Positions 1-12,412 of a stretch of 64,000 nucleotides of DNA are shown here, piece by piece. Positions within the stretch are counted from its first letter, which is position 1; every line of letters starts with the position of its first letter. The translations under genes were made by a program, and so were the position numbers. The notes beneath the pieces were generated by a model. That model searched no databases. It saw only the letters and a program-made list of their open reading frames with translations, and was not told the DNA's origin. Source of the DNA: Azolla caroliniana (taxonomy: Eukaryota; Plantae; Polypodiophyta); contig JBHGNT010000017.1 in NCBI GenBank assembly GCA_043228905.1, positions 7,378,001 to 7,442,000 on the forward strand. Direction: 5' to 3'.

Positions 1-219
1 TAATACCTAGTCCTTCATCTTCAACGGTGAGACCCACAACTTCTGGTTGTGGTCGTCTATGAAAATCATGAACTACTACGATCTAGCTTGTGACGTCGTG
101 TCCACTTGGCATACATCGCTATGCACAAGTTGTAGCGGTGCAGTCCGTCTCGTCGGTGGTCTCGACCGAAAAGAGGTTTGGTTTTGCTTGCCAACCAAAC
201 AGGCGGTGCACTTCTCAAG

Positions 220-2162
220 TGTTGTTGGGGTGGGGGGTGAAGCCTAGAATGGCTTCTCCCCCCTCCCAAGGGGGTTACGATAAAGAGAGAGCTAGAGAGA
301 AATACAAATAGAAAATGACACAAATGTGAGAGGGGAAAAATGTATATCCATTAGATGCCCCATAAGGGGTTTATATAATACATAATGTAACGGTAAATAA
401 TAACCGTTACAAAAGAGACGACTGTTACACTCTTGTCACATGCACATAATTGTGAATGTGCTCACACATACTCATCCTCACACACTCATATACATATTAA
501 ATATTACACACCACACCATACACATTACACCCTATCCATCCCATACACCTATACGGATAACACCTGGCACGCCTGTGGGACAGTGCATTGCACATTCGAC
601 CCACAAACCCATGTCGAGAAAAACTCTTGTTGACCATAACTCCATTGATCTTCTCTCAAGGTCGGAAATTCCTCGACCAGATTACTGCTCGACGATCGAT
701 AACTTCGATCGGAGCCATCTTGACACGAACCTTCTCGTTCGGTCAGCATAATCGCACAATTGGATCGTACACCAATTGGTTCGTCCATTGCGACATGGGT
801 AGTGAAAGCGTGTTGTGTGTATTTTCTGATTACATCATGTGGGTGAGTGTTTATATTTTACTCCCTTTGGTCTTTAAAATTTTGCCCTCTCTGTTTTCTT
901 TTTTGACCCTTGAATTTTGAAAATTTCATATTATACCCTTGAGCTTTTACAATTTTATCTTTTGCCCTCCGGTTCCTAAAATTGTGATAATGCCCTTTTT
1001 GAAAAAAAATTCTCTGCCCCTTTCTCTTTTCTCTTTGTTTGATTTCTGAAATTTGTATTACAGCCTTTCAATTCTTACGGATGGTGGCAGCGGCGATTCG
1101 CATCTCCGCGATGAATATCTTTGCCTTTGTCACGATGCTTCTTAATTGTTGCCTTCCGGTAGGCTTTCTTCAACTCGTCTGTAGAAGCAGTCTTGGAAAC
1201 GCCAAGGACTTCATAGTACCTCGCGAATGAACATTGTGCTGACGGGGATAATAGAGGGAGAAGACGACGGACTGAGGTTCCGGGATTCGGGAAAGTTAGG
1301 AAGACCTGATGGGATAGAATTTCAGACAGGGAACTGAAAACAGCCGGATCTAGTCTTCAAAACAAGAATCGAAAGATCATGGATTCAGAGATCAAGATGA
1401 AGGATTCCAGTTTGCTAGATGAAGACAACGGATTAGGGTATCGCAAAGGGAGACGACAGAATAGGAATTCGAAAGAGAAGACGGCCAAGGCAGGAGAGAT
1501 GACAGTGTAGAATTTGAAACAAAGGGAGGATGAATTAGGGTTTTGATCAGACACACAAGAGAGATGAGGATGGGGGTCATCACAAAGGGAATAGGAGGAG
1601 GCAACATGCTGAGCAAACCACTCTACGATGGGATGACCCATCATGGTGGATCTCTTATTTTTCTCGACCACTTTGCCATAGTTATGCTCTATAGCTTTCT
1701 CTAACACAAAGACAAAGAGACACATGTAGAGAGGGAGAGAGAGATTAGTGTTGGAGACCCCTACATTCCACAGTGGCATCTAGTGAATTAAGAGATATAT
1801 AAGAAGTATATAATAGAGAGGTGAGGAAGTTGGGTTTTGAACCCACAATGCAGTGCTTGTAGTGTTAACAACTTACCACTAGGGTAAAGTAATTACGATA
1901 AAAAACAAAAAAGAGATTAGTGTTGGAGAGGGAGAGTGAGGGAGAGAGTGACCTCTTCTCAAGGGAGGTCGTCTGTTCGGGCGTGACAAAAGTGTTGTTG
2001 GGGTGGGGGGGGTGAAGCCCAGAATGGTTTTGTCCCCCTCCCAAGGGGGTTACGATAAAGAGAGAGCTAGAGAGAAAGACAAATAGAAAATGACACAAAT
2101 GTGAGAGGGGAAAAATGTATATCCATTAGATGCCCTATAAGCGGTTTATATAATACATAATG
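220..2162. mobile_element. Non-autonomous LTR element C, partial duplicate copy (LTR 220-562, non-coding interior, second LTR from 1993 interrupted by copia A)
   Basis: Direct repeats starting TGTTGTTGGGG at 220 and 1993; the first ends GATAACA at 562; preceded by TCAAG. The complete copy is at 29395-44544. Confidence 0.8.
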
Positions 2163-2776
2163 TGTTGAGAAACAAGCTTAACAAAGGTATGTGATGCTTA
2201 TGGAGAAATAAGCTATAGTAGCTAACTAGCTACTAATGGACATAAAGGTGAAACAACTATTTAGTTACTGAAAGCTATTTAGCTGCAAATAGCTATTTAG
2301 CCACTGGCAGCTATTTAGCTGTATGTATAAGTCACTTATGTACTTAGGTAAAAAGTAAGTAGTACGTAGTAAGAGGAGAAGAGTGAGAGTAGTGCAGCGA
2401 GAGTAAGAACAGAAAAAAACAGAAAACACACGAGAGCGAGTCAAGCTCTGCATGTAATGCAATAGAAGTTTTTGGACTATGCAGAGGTAAGTCCCCTTCC
2501 CCTTCCCCTTTCTGTCTTGAGCACTAATCGATCCAGCACATCATGATCCGATGTGCACACAGAAGAGCCGTAGTGACTTCTAAACATGATATCAGAGCAA
2601 AGTTGCTCATAAAGAAGATTGGAACAGTATATAGATTTGAGAAAGGTTGTTTCTCTGCTTGCTGATCTAAATCAGAGAGAGTTTTCTGTGAAGTTAACCC
2701 TAGTTGAAAGAGAAAATGGCTATAGAGAATGGAAGCCAAATAGTCATAGAGAAACTAGATAAAAACAATTTCCCGG

Positions 2777-4454
2777 TGTCGTGATGTGGTGTGCTCGAGA
2801 GTAGGAAAAACTGGCGAAAGTGGGGGGGTCAAAAATGTGTATGTGCAATGTGTGTACACAAAAGCGATTAGTTGTGCATATGCAAAATAAAAGGGAAAAG
2901 AAAGCGTGGAAAGGATGCATAGAAGCCTATGCAAAAAGTAAGACAGAAGAGAGATAAAATATAGATGAGAGATAGGCTAAGAATTTATAAAGATAGAATT
3001 ATATATTGCATAAGAGAGAGTTAGTGGGCTAGTGGATAATCGCATTGACTACTAGTTAGAGGTGCATGGTTCAAATCTAGTCTTATAGTGTAGCGTGATT
3101 TAAGGAATTTTATTCCATTTTCATTGAAGATAAAATTGGCGACCCCCCTTCTTTTTCTCTTATAAAAGGAGGTCAAGGGGGGCTCATTCGGGGAGGACGT
3201 TTTGGGAGGAGGAGACTATCGTCATTTTTCCTTTGGAGCTCTTCATCTTGTTATTCACCACTTCTCTTCATCTCATACCCCTTTATCCCCCCATCGCCAC
3301 GTGCTCATCTTCTTCGCGTCGGCACTCGAAGTGCTCTTGAGCCCAAGCTTCGTTGGTTCGACGTTGCTCCGCCCCGTTCGTCGTTGTGAGCCCGTGTGCT
3401 CGCCGTTTGGGTGGTCGTGGTTCGTTGGGATTGGCATTTTGGTGGTGCTCATGTGTTCATCTTCGTTGTGTTCGGATTTGCTCTTGTCTCTAAGGGCATT
3501 TAATATTTATGTTTTGATTGAGCTTGTGGTTAACTATAAGTTGCCATTTTAATCAAACCCTATTTCATAAAGGGTCCTCTTGTGTTGGAATCGAACACGT
3601 ATTTATCTCTTTCGTCGATATCATTCGTGTTTCTTTCTCTCCTTCTTTCTTTGTTCGTGTCTTCCTTGTACGTTCAGCCGTCTTGTGACAAGGGAGCATT
3701 TCGGGCTTGCCCATGCACCTCTCCTCCTCATAAAGACGTACGAGCATTTGTGCATGTGTTTGTGTCTTCCTTGTACGTTTGGTCGTCTTGTGACGAGGGA
3801 CCATTTCGGGCTTGCCCATGCATCTCTCCTCCTCATAAAGGCGTACGAGCATTTTGTGTGTGTGTTTGTGTCTTCCTTACATGTTCAGTTGTCTCGAGAT
3901 GAGGGAGTGTTCGGGCTTGCCCATGCACCTCTCCTCCTCATAAAGGTGAACGAGCATTTTGTGTGTGTGTTTGTGTCTTCCTTGTACGTTCGGTCGTCTT
4001 GTGTTGAGGGAGCGTTTCGGGCGTGCCCATGCACCTCTCCTCCTCATAAAGGCGTACGAGCATTTGTGCGTGTGTTTTGTGTCTTCCTATTACATTCGAC
4101 GTTTTCTGACGAGGGAGCGTTCAGGCGTGCCCATGAACCTCTCCTCCTCATAAAGATGTACAGGCATTCAGGTTCGTGTTATCGCCCCCTTGTGCGTTCA
4201 TCTTGCGTGCTCATCTTGCTTGTACCCGTTTGGTCACTTGGCTCGTGCGGTGATCTCGAAAGGTCGACGAGTCGTGATCAACGAGAGCCACCGACCTCAC
4301 AAAACAAAGGGCAACGAGACCTTGCTTGGGAAAGGGTCGGGAAGTCGTATTGTCGTAAAGCAAACCTCGGGTCTTCTCTATCCCTTGAGTACTCCCTAGT
4401 CCAAGACCCCCGTGGTCCCGCCCAAGTAACACACGTGCGCGAAACTTCGCGACA
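2777..4454. mobile_element. 1678-bp insertion (solo-LTR-like or TIR element) in copia A gag, 4-bp TSD CCGG
   Basis: Ends TGTCGTGA...TCGCGACA; CCGG at 2773-2776 and 4455-4458; removing it restores the gag frame NNFPAWKF. Confidence 0.85.
3657..4155 (+). repeat. Tandem repeat of about 105 bp, about 5 units, inside the 1678-bp insertion (also at 32832-33330)
   Basis: Recurring GTGTCTTCCT...GGGCTTGCCCATGCACCTCTCCTCCTCATAAAG units near 3657, 3762, 3868, 3973 and 4079. Confidence 0.9.
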
Positions 4455-5143
4455 CCGGCTTGGAAATTCAGAATGACAAACTTCCTTATGGGGAAAGGAT
4501 ACTAGGATTATATTGAAGGATACCTAGAAGAGGCTCTAGAGATTCCTGAAGAAAATGCATCTACTACACAGATAAAAGCATTTAAGGAATGGAACCAAGG
4601 GGCAAGAAAGGTATTGCATTGGTTGTCACTTAGCATCTCAGATTCGATGGTTGGACACATACAAGATGCTACGCTTCCAAAAGAAGCTTGGAACAGTTTA
4701 GTAAAACGGTTTGCAGTGAATACAAAGGCAAGAAAGCTTAAGTTGAAGACTGAGCTAAATACCTTGGAAAAAGGTAAGATGTCAGTAAATGAGTATGCTC
4801 TAAAAATAAAGAGCATATGTGATTCTATCAATGTGAAGATAGAATATGATGATAAGGTGGAAATATGCTTAAGAGGCTTAGGACCTCAATACAAGAGTTT
4901 CAAAACATCTATTCTCACAAGGGATAATATCCCAAGTTTTCCAGATCTGGTTTCAACGCTTGTAGTAGAAGAAAGAAATCAAATGGATGATGTAAACAAA
5001 GGAAACTCATAGAATGAGGGGCAAGCCCTCTACAATAGTGCTGGAAGAGGCCGAGGAAGAGGCCATGGAAGATTTGGTTCAGCTAGAACCAACAACAATT
5101 ATCAAGGAAGAGGACAACAGGCTGTAAGTGGAAGAAACAACAT

Positions 5144-5243
5144 NNNNNNNNNNNNNNNNNNNNNNNNNNNNNNNNNNNNNNNNNNNNNNNNNNNNNNNNN
5201 NNNNNNNNNNNNNNNNNNNNNNNNNNNNNNNNNNNNNNNNNNN
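5144..5243. other. Assembly gap (100 N)
   Basis: Run of exactly 100 N, a typical scaffolding spacer. Confidence 0.99.
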
Positions 5244-5625
5244 ATCTTGAGTCTCTGTGAGTGTAAGAGTTACAAAATAATGAGAGCTTCCATTATAGCT
5301 TGAACTGTGTCTATTGTCATACTCTCTCTGTTGTTTGTTGTGCACATAACCGACAAGTCCTCACATTATTCCACGCATATCCGTCAACAGTAAGGGGTTG
5401 TCATGGGGATGCATTGCAGAAGGTCTAGGAAAGAGTATAGAATGTTGGAGACGGTTTATGTCATTGCCAATACAAGATCAAGCTAACATAGTCCATGGAA
5501 CGAAGGGCGGGTGGACTATGAGATCTAAAATTTTTAATGTGCTATTGCTTAAGGAAGCTACTAATCAAAGAACGATAATGGAGAAGTGGATAGGCTATGA
5601 GGAGGAGGGCTCTTTGATACCCAGA

Positions 5626-6418
5626 AGTAGGGAAACACAACTCGGAACAGAAAACAGTAAATGGGCAAAATATTCATAGTACACATGCAACACAAGTTTT
5701 ACGTGGAAACCCTAAACCAGGGAAAAACCACAGGAGAACATATCTTCACTATAATTGTGGGTATACAAGAGAAGGAAAACATATTACAACCTCTGCACAA
5801 CAGAGTATTCCCCTTAGGGTTAAAACACTAAATAGCTCTCTTACTTTGTCTACGCACGAGCTCTCACTCTCTCGCATCACTCTTCTTCTCTCTATCTCAC
5901 AGTTACAACCTTCGTTGTGTTCTATTCTACATACATAATGTTTGCCCTAGGTGTATTTATATTTATACATTGTATGGGATATTTGCAAATGTAGTTCCTA
6001 CTATTACTATTATTGTTATTATTATAATGATAATTGTATCCGTTAATCAGCCGACTAGTCGACTAGCCAATACCCATGTCGACTGTCCAGGTAGCTTTAC
6101 TAGTCGTCCTTGTTCTCGACCATCTGATCGGCCCAACTAGTCGATCTTGTCTTCGACTTGGATCGTCCACAGTCGACTCTCACTATGTCGACTCTTCCAT
6201 GTCTTCGATTGTCGGCTCTTACTTAGCCCAAACAGTCAGCTCTTACCACAAGAGCGACATATTCCTAACCGACAGGTCTTCTCCAACCAAACTGTGCATC
6301 TAGTAATGTTAATGCAAGAGATATGGTATGAAGTTGTAGCCAGTATAAAGAGTCAATACAATGGCCTCACGGGCGGATCCAATAGAGTTTAAAGAAAACG
6401 ACTAGTCCTCATCCAACA
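5626..6418 (-). mobile_element. Degenerate copia-type LTR with decayed PBS
   Basis: CTCTTTGATACC at about 5610-5621 (decayed reverse complement of TGGTATCAGAG); GTGGAAACCCT...GGGAAAAACCAC motif shared with other LTRs in the window; ends CCAACA at 6418. Left boundary is approximate. Confidence 0.55.
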
Positions 6419-6859
6419 ATGGTTGTCCTCTTCCTTTCTTGAGTCAGTGGGCATCCACATAAGATGGAACTATGGCATCCCTATAGGGATTTGTATATAA
6501 TACTCTCATTTGTAAAATTTTATAACTACTGGAAGGAGCTTTTCTAGAAAAAAGAAAACATAATCAAAGGCAGAGCATTGTATCAAAGGGTGATACTCAG
6601 ACTTTCGAACTTGTTTAAGGCAAAGTGTGCATAGTAGACCACTCTCATCACTTGTGCCACAATACTCCGTCTCATTTGTGTAGAGAGAGAGAGAGAGAGA
6701 GAGAATATTTGTATTGAATGTGTCAATGTTCTCTCTACCATCACATTAGGATTTGTGGGAGATTATGGTGGTTATAGGTGCATCCTATTAATTATGATGG
6801 TACTTATCCCTTTGTTTTGTTTTTCTATTTATTTATTTAGGTAATTAGTAATTACAACT

Positions 6860-7180
6860 GAATGTGTGAATGTTCATGTCTACTTTGTCTAGAGAGTTCA
6901 ACCATTGATGACCTTTTTATTCCCCCCAAAAAACCTTCCATTAGTTATAAAATTATACTTATACAAGAATGAGTGAATGTTCATGTCTACTTTGTCTAGA
7001 GAGTTCAACCATTGATGACCTTTTTATTCCCCCCCAAAAAAACCTTCCATTAGTTATAAAATTATACTTATACAAGAATGAGTGAATGTTCATGTCTACT
7101 TTGTCTAGAGAGTTCAACCATTGATGACCTTTTTATTCCCCCCCAAAAAACCTTCCATTAGTTATAAAATTATACTTATA
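6860..7180 (+). repeat. Tandem repeat of about 108 bp, 3 units
   Basis: GTGAATGTTCATGTCTACTTTGTCTAGAGAG...TTATAAAATTATACTTATA occurs three times, differing mainly in C and A homopolymer lengths. Confidence 0.95.
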
Positions 7181-7844
7181 TAGCTTGATGGTGTTTTGTT
7201 GACTCTTGCCTTGTGCATATTGGAAAGATTTGATAATTCAATTGGAGGAAATCTTTAAGTCTTTCTCAATCGTTTACAATTGTTATATATTATATTGTAT
7301 TGCATTTCTTTTACTATCTAGACTCTCTAGTCTACACTACAACATACACTATCATTTTTATTTTCATTGCAGTTTTGAAAAAAGCCCCGAAAGTGCTGAA
7401 ACATTGTCCGGACAATCCAATACAGATCAAATGCAGAGAATGGAGTACGTAAACGTGAAAACAAGTACAAGCTACCTAACAATCAAAATAATTGACTGGT
7501 TCTCATAATATATCATCGCTATATGTTGATCACGTTTGTATGTAAGGGGGTATCAGGAATTGTTGTCTCATGGGCCAATTTTGGCCTTAGAAGATGTTAA
7601 TATATCTTTCCTTTCTTTACATAGGCCTAGCATGGGGAAATGTAGTATATATCTTTTTCATTGTTAGAAGCTATAGTTAAGGTGAGAAGATAATCAAGTT
7701 AATATAGAGCATGTATAGATGAGTCTTGATGTGATGATTATAATACATTTTGAACTTCCAAATAATTACATGCAAAATTAAAGTGTAAGAAATTTAAATG
7801 CATTTGTCTCATGCCCATGGTGTTATTTGTAAGTTATTTTATTT

Positions 7845-8909
7845 TCACCCACTTAAGCTCCTGCCTACATAATATGACGACAAATTAGCTGCAACAGAAA
7901 TAATGATAAAGACAGCTGCAATGATGCTCTGCAGGAAAACCAATCTAACCATTTAGCACATGTAAAATCGAATAATTCCAATGTTTAAGACCATTTTTTA
8001 TCGAACAATCTACTCACCATTATAAGGCATCCGAGAAAGCCGTCCCTGTCTGTCGGTTTATGAGGTGTGCAGTAGAGGATCGCGCCCACAAACCAGGCAG
8101 GAGTAATTAACCACCCAATACCAAACCTAGACACACACACACACACACACAACATGTTAGACACAATGCATGAGAACAGATTATAATTGCAAGTATGTGA
8201 ACATTCTAAACCTTCTATCTAATCCAATTGAATTTCCAAAGATGCATTAAATATTTTTGCAATGTTGCCCATCTGAACTTATATACAAACGTTTTTTCTT
8301 TTTTCCTTTGTTTTGTTTTGGTAGCTGATTGAACTGTTGTCCCACATATTATGTTTAATTGTGTATCAAGATTTGTTTGTTGATGGTTACACCACCATTA
8401 CTTACAATATCCAGCCGATTCCACATACGCATCCTGGTTGGGCATTAGCTGCTTCGGCATTCTGGATAATAATTTGAGGCCCTACAAGAAAAAAAGGAAA
8501 GGAACCTCATCCTCTCAGAAACATGAATAAGATATGAATGAATGGAGAATGTATGGAATCCGGGCGGAGAAGAAGAAGAAGAAGAAGAAGATCTGGAGAC
8601 ATATGAAAGATAGGTAGGTAAAGAGATGTGTGAAAGTAATTAGGATAGCTTATACGATATAATCAATGCGAAGAAAGCAAAATAAGGAGGAGTAAGTTGA
8701 GAAACAGAAAAAGATAAAAAGAAACAGTAATTTGAGCAAAGGGAATTAGGGTTGTGGGGATGATGACCAGGTTGAAGGGGCTGGGGATATCCGGGGGCTG
8801 GAGGAGGAGGAGCAGCAGAACCACCATAGCCGTAATTCATGGCTGCAGGAGCAGGGGCAGGAGCAGGGGCCGGGTTTTGTTGGCCAACATTATTGTATTG
8901 TCCATCCAT
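7845..8909 (-). CDS. Four-exon gene, 136 aa, Pro-rich N-terminus plus hydrophobic C-terminus; plant 'ribosomal protein L18a-like' membrane protein family (not the true ribosomal eL20)
   Basis: Exons 8909-8768, 8481-8406, 8126-8018 and 7928-7845 with GT-AG introns splice in frame (411 nt) to MDGQYNNVGQQNPAPAPAP...QPGPQIIIQNAEAANAQPGCVCGIGWILFGIGWLITPAWFVGAILYCTPHKPTDRDGFLGCLIMSIIAAVFIIISVAANLSSYYVGRSLSG*. The CxCGIGW..F..G......W.VG....C.....R..G...C pattern matches the family as I recall it. The first donor (GTCATC) is weak. Confidence 0.88.
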
Positions 8910-9232
8910 TTTGAGACAGACACAGAGACAAAAGCAAGTAAGTATTCAGCCTTTGGACAAATATGAACCAAGACAAGACACAAAATGGGGCTTTCAATCC
9001 TATATGTATGTATTATGTATAGTTATAGATAGTATATACACACGTGACACGCATATGTATGTGTATGTATTCAAGACAAATAAATAACTCTGACTTTCAA
9101 ACCTATGTGTATGTGTGGGTATATATAATATATGTATTTATGTGTTACAGGCATTTGACCTTGTTCTCCACATAACATGGCTTTACAAATCACTCTCTCA
9201 AACCCAAGAGTTTTGAAAAGCGATACCATGGG

Positions 9233-9909
9233 TAGCAATGGGCCTAGTTTAGTTTCGGTTTGGTTCGGTTTCTTGGCCTTGAAACCAAACCATTTATTAA
9301 TAATATAAACTGAACCAAACTGTTTTAAATTTTATGAAACCATTTAAACCAAACCATTTAGAGCGGAATCGTTAAACCAAACCATTTAAAGAATAGGAGA
9401 AACCAAACCGTTTACGAAAAATTAGGAGAAACCAAACCAAACTGCTTTATCATAAATCAAAACCAAACCAAACCAAACCATTGTTTATTGATATTAATCA
9501 TCATACTTATTATAAATTTGTGTGAGAAAATCATTATAAATTTTGTTATGATACTTATCATAAAATTTGATCATTATACTTATCATAAATTTGATCATCA
9601 TAAATGAAAAGGAGACTCTACATATAATACATATAAATTTTAATAACTTAAAACAAGAGTTTAAAATTAAATGTTAAAAGTTAGAGCCTAAGAGAATATT
9701 TTTGAGTATTTTTTAACCTATAAACCTTTAAATCGAACCACATAAACAGAAACCGATAAGCCGATAAACCAGTAAATTTAAAACCGAACCGAAACCGATT
9801 AGTAACATTTGAAATCAAACCAAACCGTTTATTTATCTTTGAACCTATAAACCGTTAAGCCACGGTTTTCGGTTCAATTCGGTTTGAGCCGAAACTGGGC
9901 CCATTGCTA
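9233..9909. mobile_element. hAT-type MITE (677 bp) about 320 bp upstream of the gene start
   Basis: TIRs TAGCAATGGGCCTAGTTT and AAACTGGGCCCATTGCTA; 8-bp TSD ACCATGGG/GCCACGGG (6 of 8 match); many subterminal AAACC(A/G) repeats; AT-rich non-coding core. Confidence 0.85.
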
Positions 9910-11301
9910 GCCACGGGTTTTGAAAGCGATCCCGTCTCTGTTCCTCCTCGTTGGGGAGCCCTCCTCTTATGATGCAATCACCATTATGTGCATCAAATGT
10001 AAACGCCAAAGTGCCCTTTTTGCTAAAAAAAAGTCATTGTACTGAATAAACATGGGTATAACTCTTTCGTATGCGAAACAAAGTCTTCGTTTGTATTTTT
10101 TCTTTTTTTTAATATGGACTCTCCCTCTTGCCTTCATTCGAAAAGAAAATGCAATCTTTAGTTTCACAATCATTTGAAAAGGTCCCTTTCTAGTGACAAC
10201 CCAATTGATGTGGTAAGCATCTTTAAAATATATATGCTCCTATTTAATAAATTGTGGCCTAGACAAGGCCACTTTCAGCCCACAACACAATTTGATTGAA
10301 ACCAAATCATGGGTATCATGATGTGACAAGCATCATTTCCCCCTTAGTTGGAATTTGTAGACCCTCTTGGTTGAATCAATTGGGCTTCATTGTTGTGGTT
10401 TAATTATGTTTAAGTATTATATAGTTAAGTGTGATTGAATACACAATATCAAAGACATTCACTTATGGCAATATCATAAGTGAATCATAACCACATGACC
10501 TACATTTCTCCTCAAGAGTCTCAACCTTTTGTAAGCCTATATAAGTGTGACCCAAGCAGTGCTATACATATACTACGAGACTCATATTCTAATTTATAAT
10601 TATGTTATTGAGTTCTTGTCTTTTGCATTGTGATTAAGAAACCTAGGTCCATGGACCACCTTAGTTGTTAGTCTTGAGGAAAATATACAACACAAGTTGG
10701 TGAGGACGCAAGCGAGAGAATTGGCAATGGATTGTTTTGGAAAACACAAGGAGACATTGCATATGAGGAGGAACTCACAATCTTTGTTCAAATTGTCAAA
10801 GCCGATGAGGTTATAGTTGTAGCCAACTAATATTTCCATTAGTTTCTTAAAATCAAGGAAGGAAATTGTTAGCATGTTTTGCCCTTATTAAAATTTGCTC
10901 CTTTTGCCCCCATTCCATTGGAAGACTATACACATAAGGTCACTGAATATCTTCGACGTTATATCATTTAGAAGCAATTATCAAAGAATTTCCAAGTGAT
11001 ATCCTATTGCTATTTGATGCCTCAATTATGGGTTTTTGCTGAACGTGTTCAAAATGGTTCAAATTTTTATGACATTGGGGGGTTGCAACACGTGGAATCT
11101 TTCATGTTTGATGGTAGGCATGGGGCAAACATCTATGTTGAGAAGTTGCAAGGCATTCTCATGTGGAATTTTTGGATGTTGGAGCTTGTGGGGATCATTT
11201 CCTCGAATGCATACAGTTTTATAGGATATTCCCTACTTATATAGGAATAGAAGACTAAGACGTTGTACCCGTAGGTCTTACAAGTAATTAAAATACCTGT
11301 G

Positions 11302-11304
<3 letters not shown>

Positions 11305-11349
<45 letters not shown>

Positions 11350-11391
11350 CTCGTCTTCAAAGGTCAAATATGACCTATGAGACCAAAAATA
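11305..11391 (-). mobile_element. 3' terminus of an RTEX-like LINE abutting a (GA)n microsatellite
   Basis: Reverse complement ATATTTTTGGTCTCATAGGTCATATTTGACCT...ACGAGAAT(CT)n matches the LINE 3' UTR at 59148-59206; it is interrupted by the copia F LTR. Confidence 0.75.
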
Positions 11392-12412
11392 TGTTGTAAA
11401 TGAGAAACCAGCCTCAATTGGATAGTTAGTCAAATGCAAATACAAGAAGAGAAATAAACCGAAACAAGAAAATGACATAGACAATGAGACAAGATATTAA
11501 TGTGGAAACCCTGAAATAGGAAAAACCACTGGAGTCCACAAACTCCAAACTATATCACTATAAGTAAGAGGATTGTACAATTATAAAGTACAAGGCAATA
11601 ACCTTGAGTTCTAGTTTGTCCACAAATGGTTACAACAGAGTTACTCCTCTCTCCCTCTCTCCCTCTCTCTCTTAGTTACAAAGGCAACTATTCATCTTCA
11701 TAACAAAATGATCTGCCCTAGTTGTATTTATACTAATACACCTTTTAGGGCTATTTACATTTATGGTTTGGATAGGCGTGACAAAACCTATTTACAAATC
11801 TGGCATTTTCCAGGTGCCTCTCTCGATTCGGTCTTTATTCTTCTTCGGATCCAACTGATCCGACTCGTGCTTGCTTCCCATCCGAAGGGACCTGTTTAAC
11901 AAACTCCCCCTTCACTCCGGCATGGGGTGCTTCGTCAATCTGACCCATCCCCAACATGCCTCCAACTTCTCTACCGACAACACCTTCGTCAGCATGTCCG
12001 ATCCATTTTCTACTGTGTAAATCTTCACTAGGGCCAACTCCTTTTCTTCTACCCTCCCCCGGAGCCAATAGTATTTCCTCTGGATGTGCTTGGTCCTCAA
12101 GTGATAGACGACATTCTTCACACGGTGGATGACACTTTGGTTGTCGTAGTAGAGTTGGAATTCTTCTTGCTGAAACCCCAACTCTCCAATGAACTCCTTC
12201 ATCCAAATAATTTCCCTGCCGGATTCTCTTGCAACCATATACTCCATCTCCGTGGTCGACAATGCGACGACCTTCTATAGCCTCGACTGCCACGAGATGA
12301 CTACCCCTGCATAAGTAATGACGTATCTGCATGTGAACCGGTTAGTATCCACATTAATTGACATGTCTGAATCAGTAAAAGATTCCAATATGGGGTTACC
12401 TAAGCTGAATCA
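11392..12412 (-). mobile_element. Ty1/copia element F: 3' LTR (about 11392-11901), PPT and RNase H; its RT continues at 60373-61140
   Basis: RNase H STTEMEYM...DNQSVIH...RTKHI...NGSDMLTKVL; PPT GAAGGGGGAG next to the LTR; coding sequence is continuous across the AATCA TSD of element D. Confidence 0.85.

Larger units (their letters stand above)
1..5143 (+). repeat. Near-identical copy of 29176-34318 (offset 29,175 bp), truncated by the N gap
   Basis: All ORFs recur at +29175 with the same translations. The only difference visible in the ORF track is A594 versus G29769. The copy includes the same nested-insertion junctions. Confidence 0.97.
2163..5143 (+). mobile_element. 5' part of Ty1/copia element A (LTR 2163-2586, PBS, degenerate gag), duplicate copy cut by the gap
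   Basis: TGTTGAG...AAACA LTR, then TGATATCAGAGC (tRNA-iMet PBS, 1 mismatch). Copia gag motifs EKLDKNNFPAWKFRM and PKEAWNSL...ARKLKLKTELNTL. Confidence 0.9.

Noticed and set aside
1357-1779. 140-aa minus-strand ORF in the interior of element C
   Set aside because: Low-complexity CT-rich translation with no motifs; probably a chance ORF.
3580-4476. 298-aa ORF (also 32755-33651)
   Set aside because: It runs through a 105-bp tandem repeat, starts at a non-ATG codon, has biased composition and no recognisable domain.
3657-7180. Possible CRISPR-like arrays
   Set aside because: Units are contiguous tandem repeats without unique spacers, there are no cas genes, and the context is eukaryotic.
8640-8909. 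Single-exon 89-aa protein from the ORF track, and a true ribosomal L18a call
   Set aside because: The 3' part reads into a T-rich intron and the spliced model fits better. The protein lacks the basic eL20 sequence, so no gene symbol is given.
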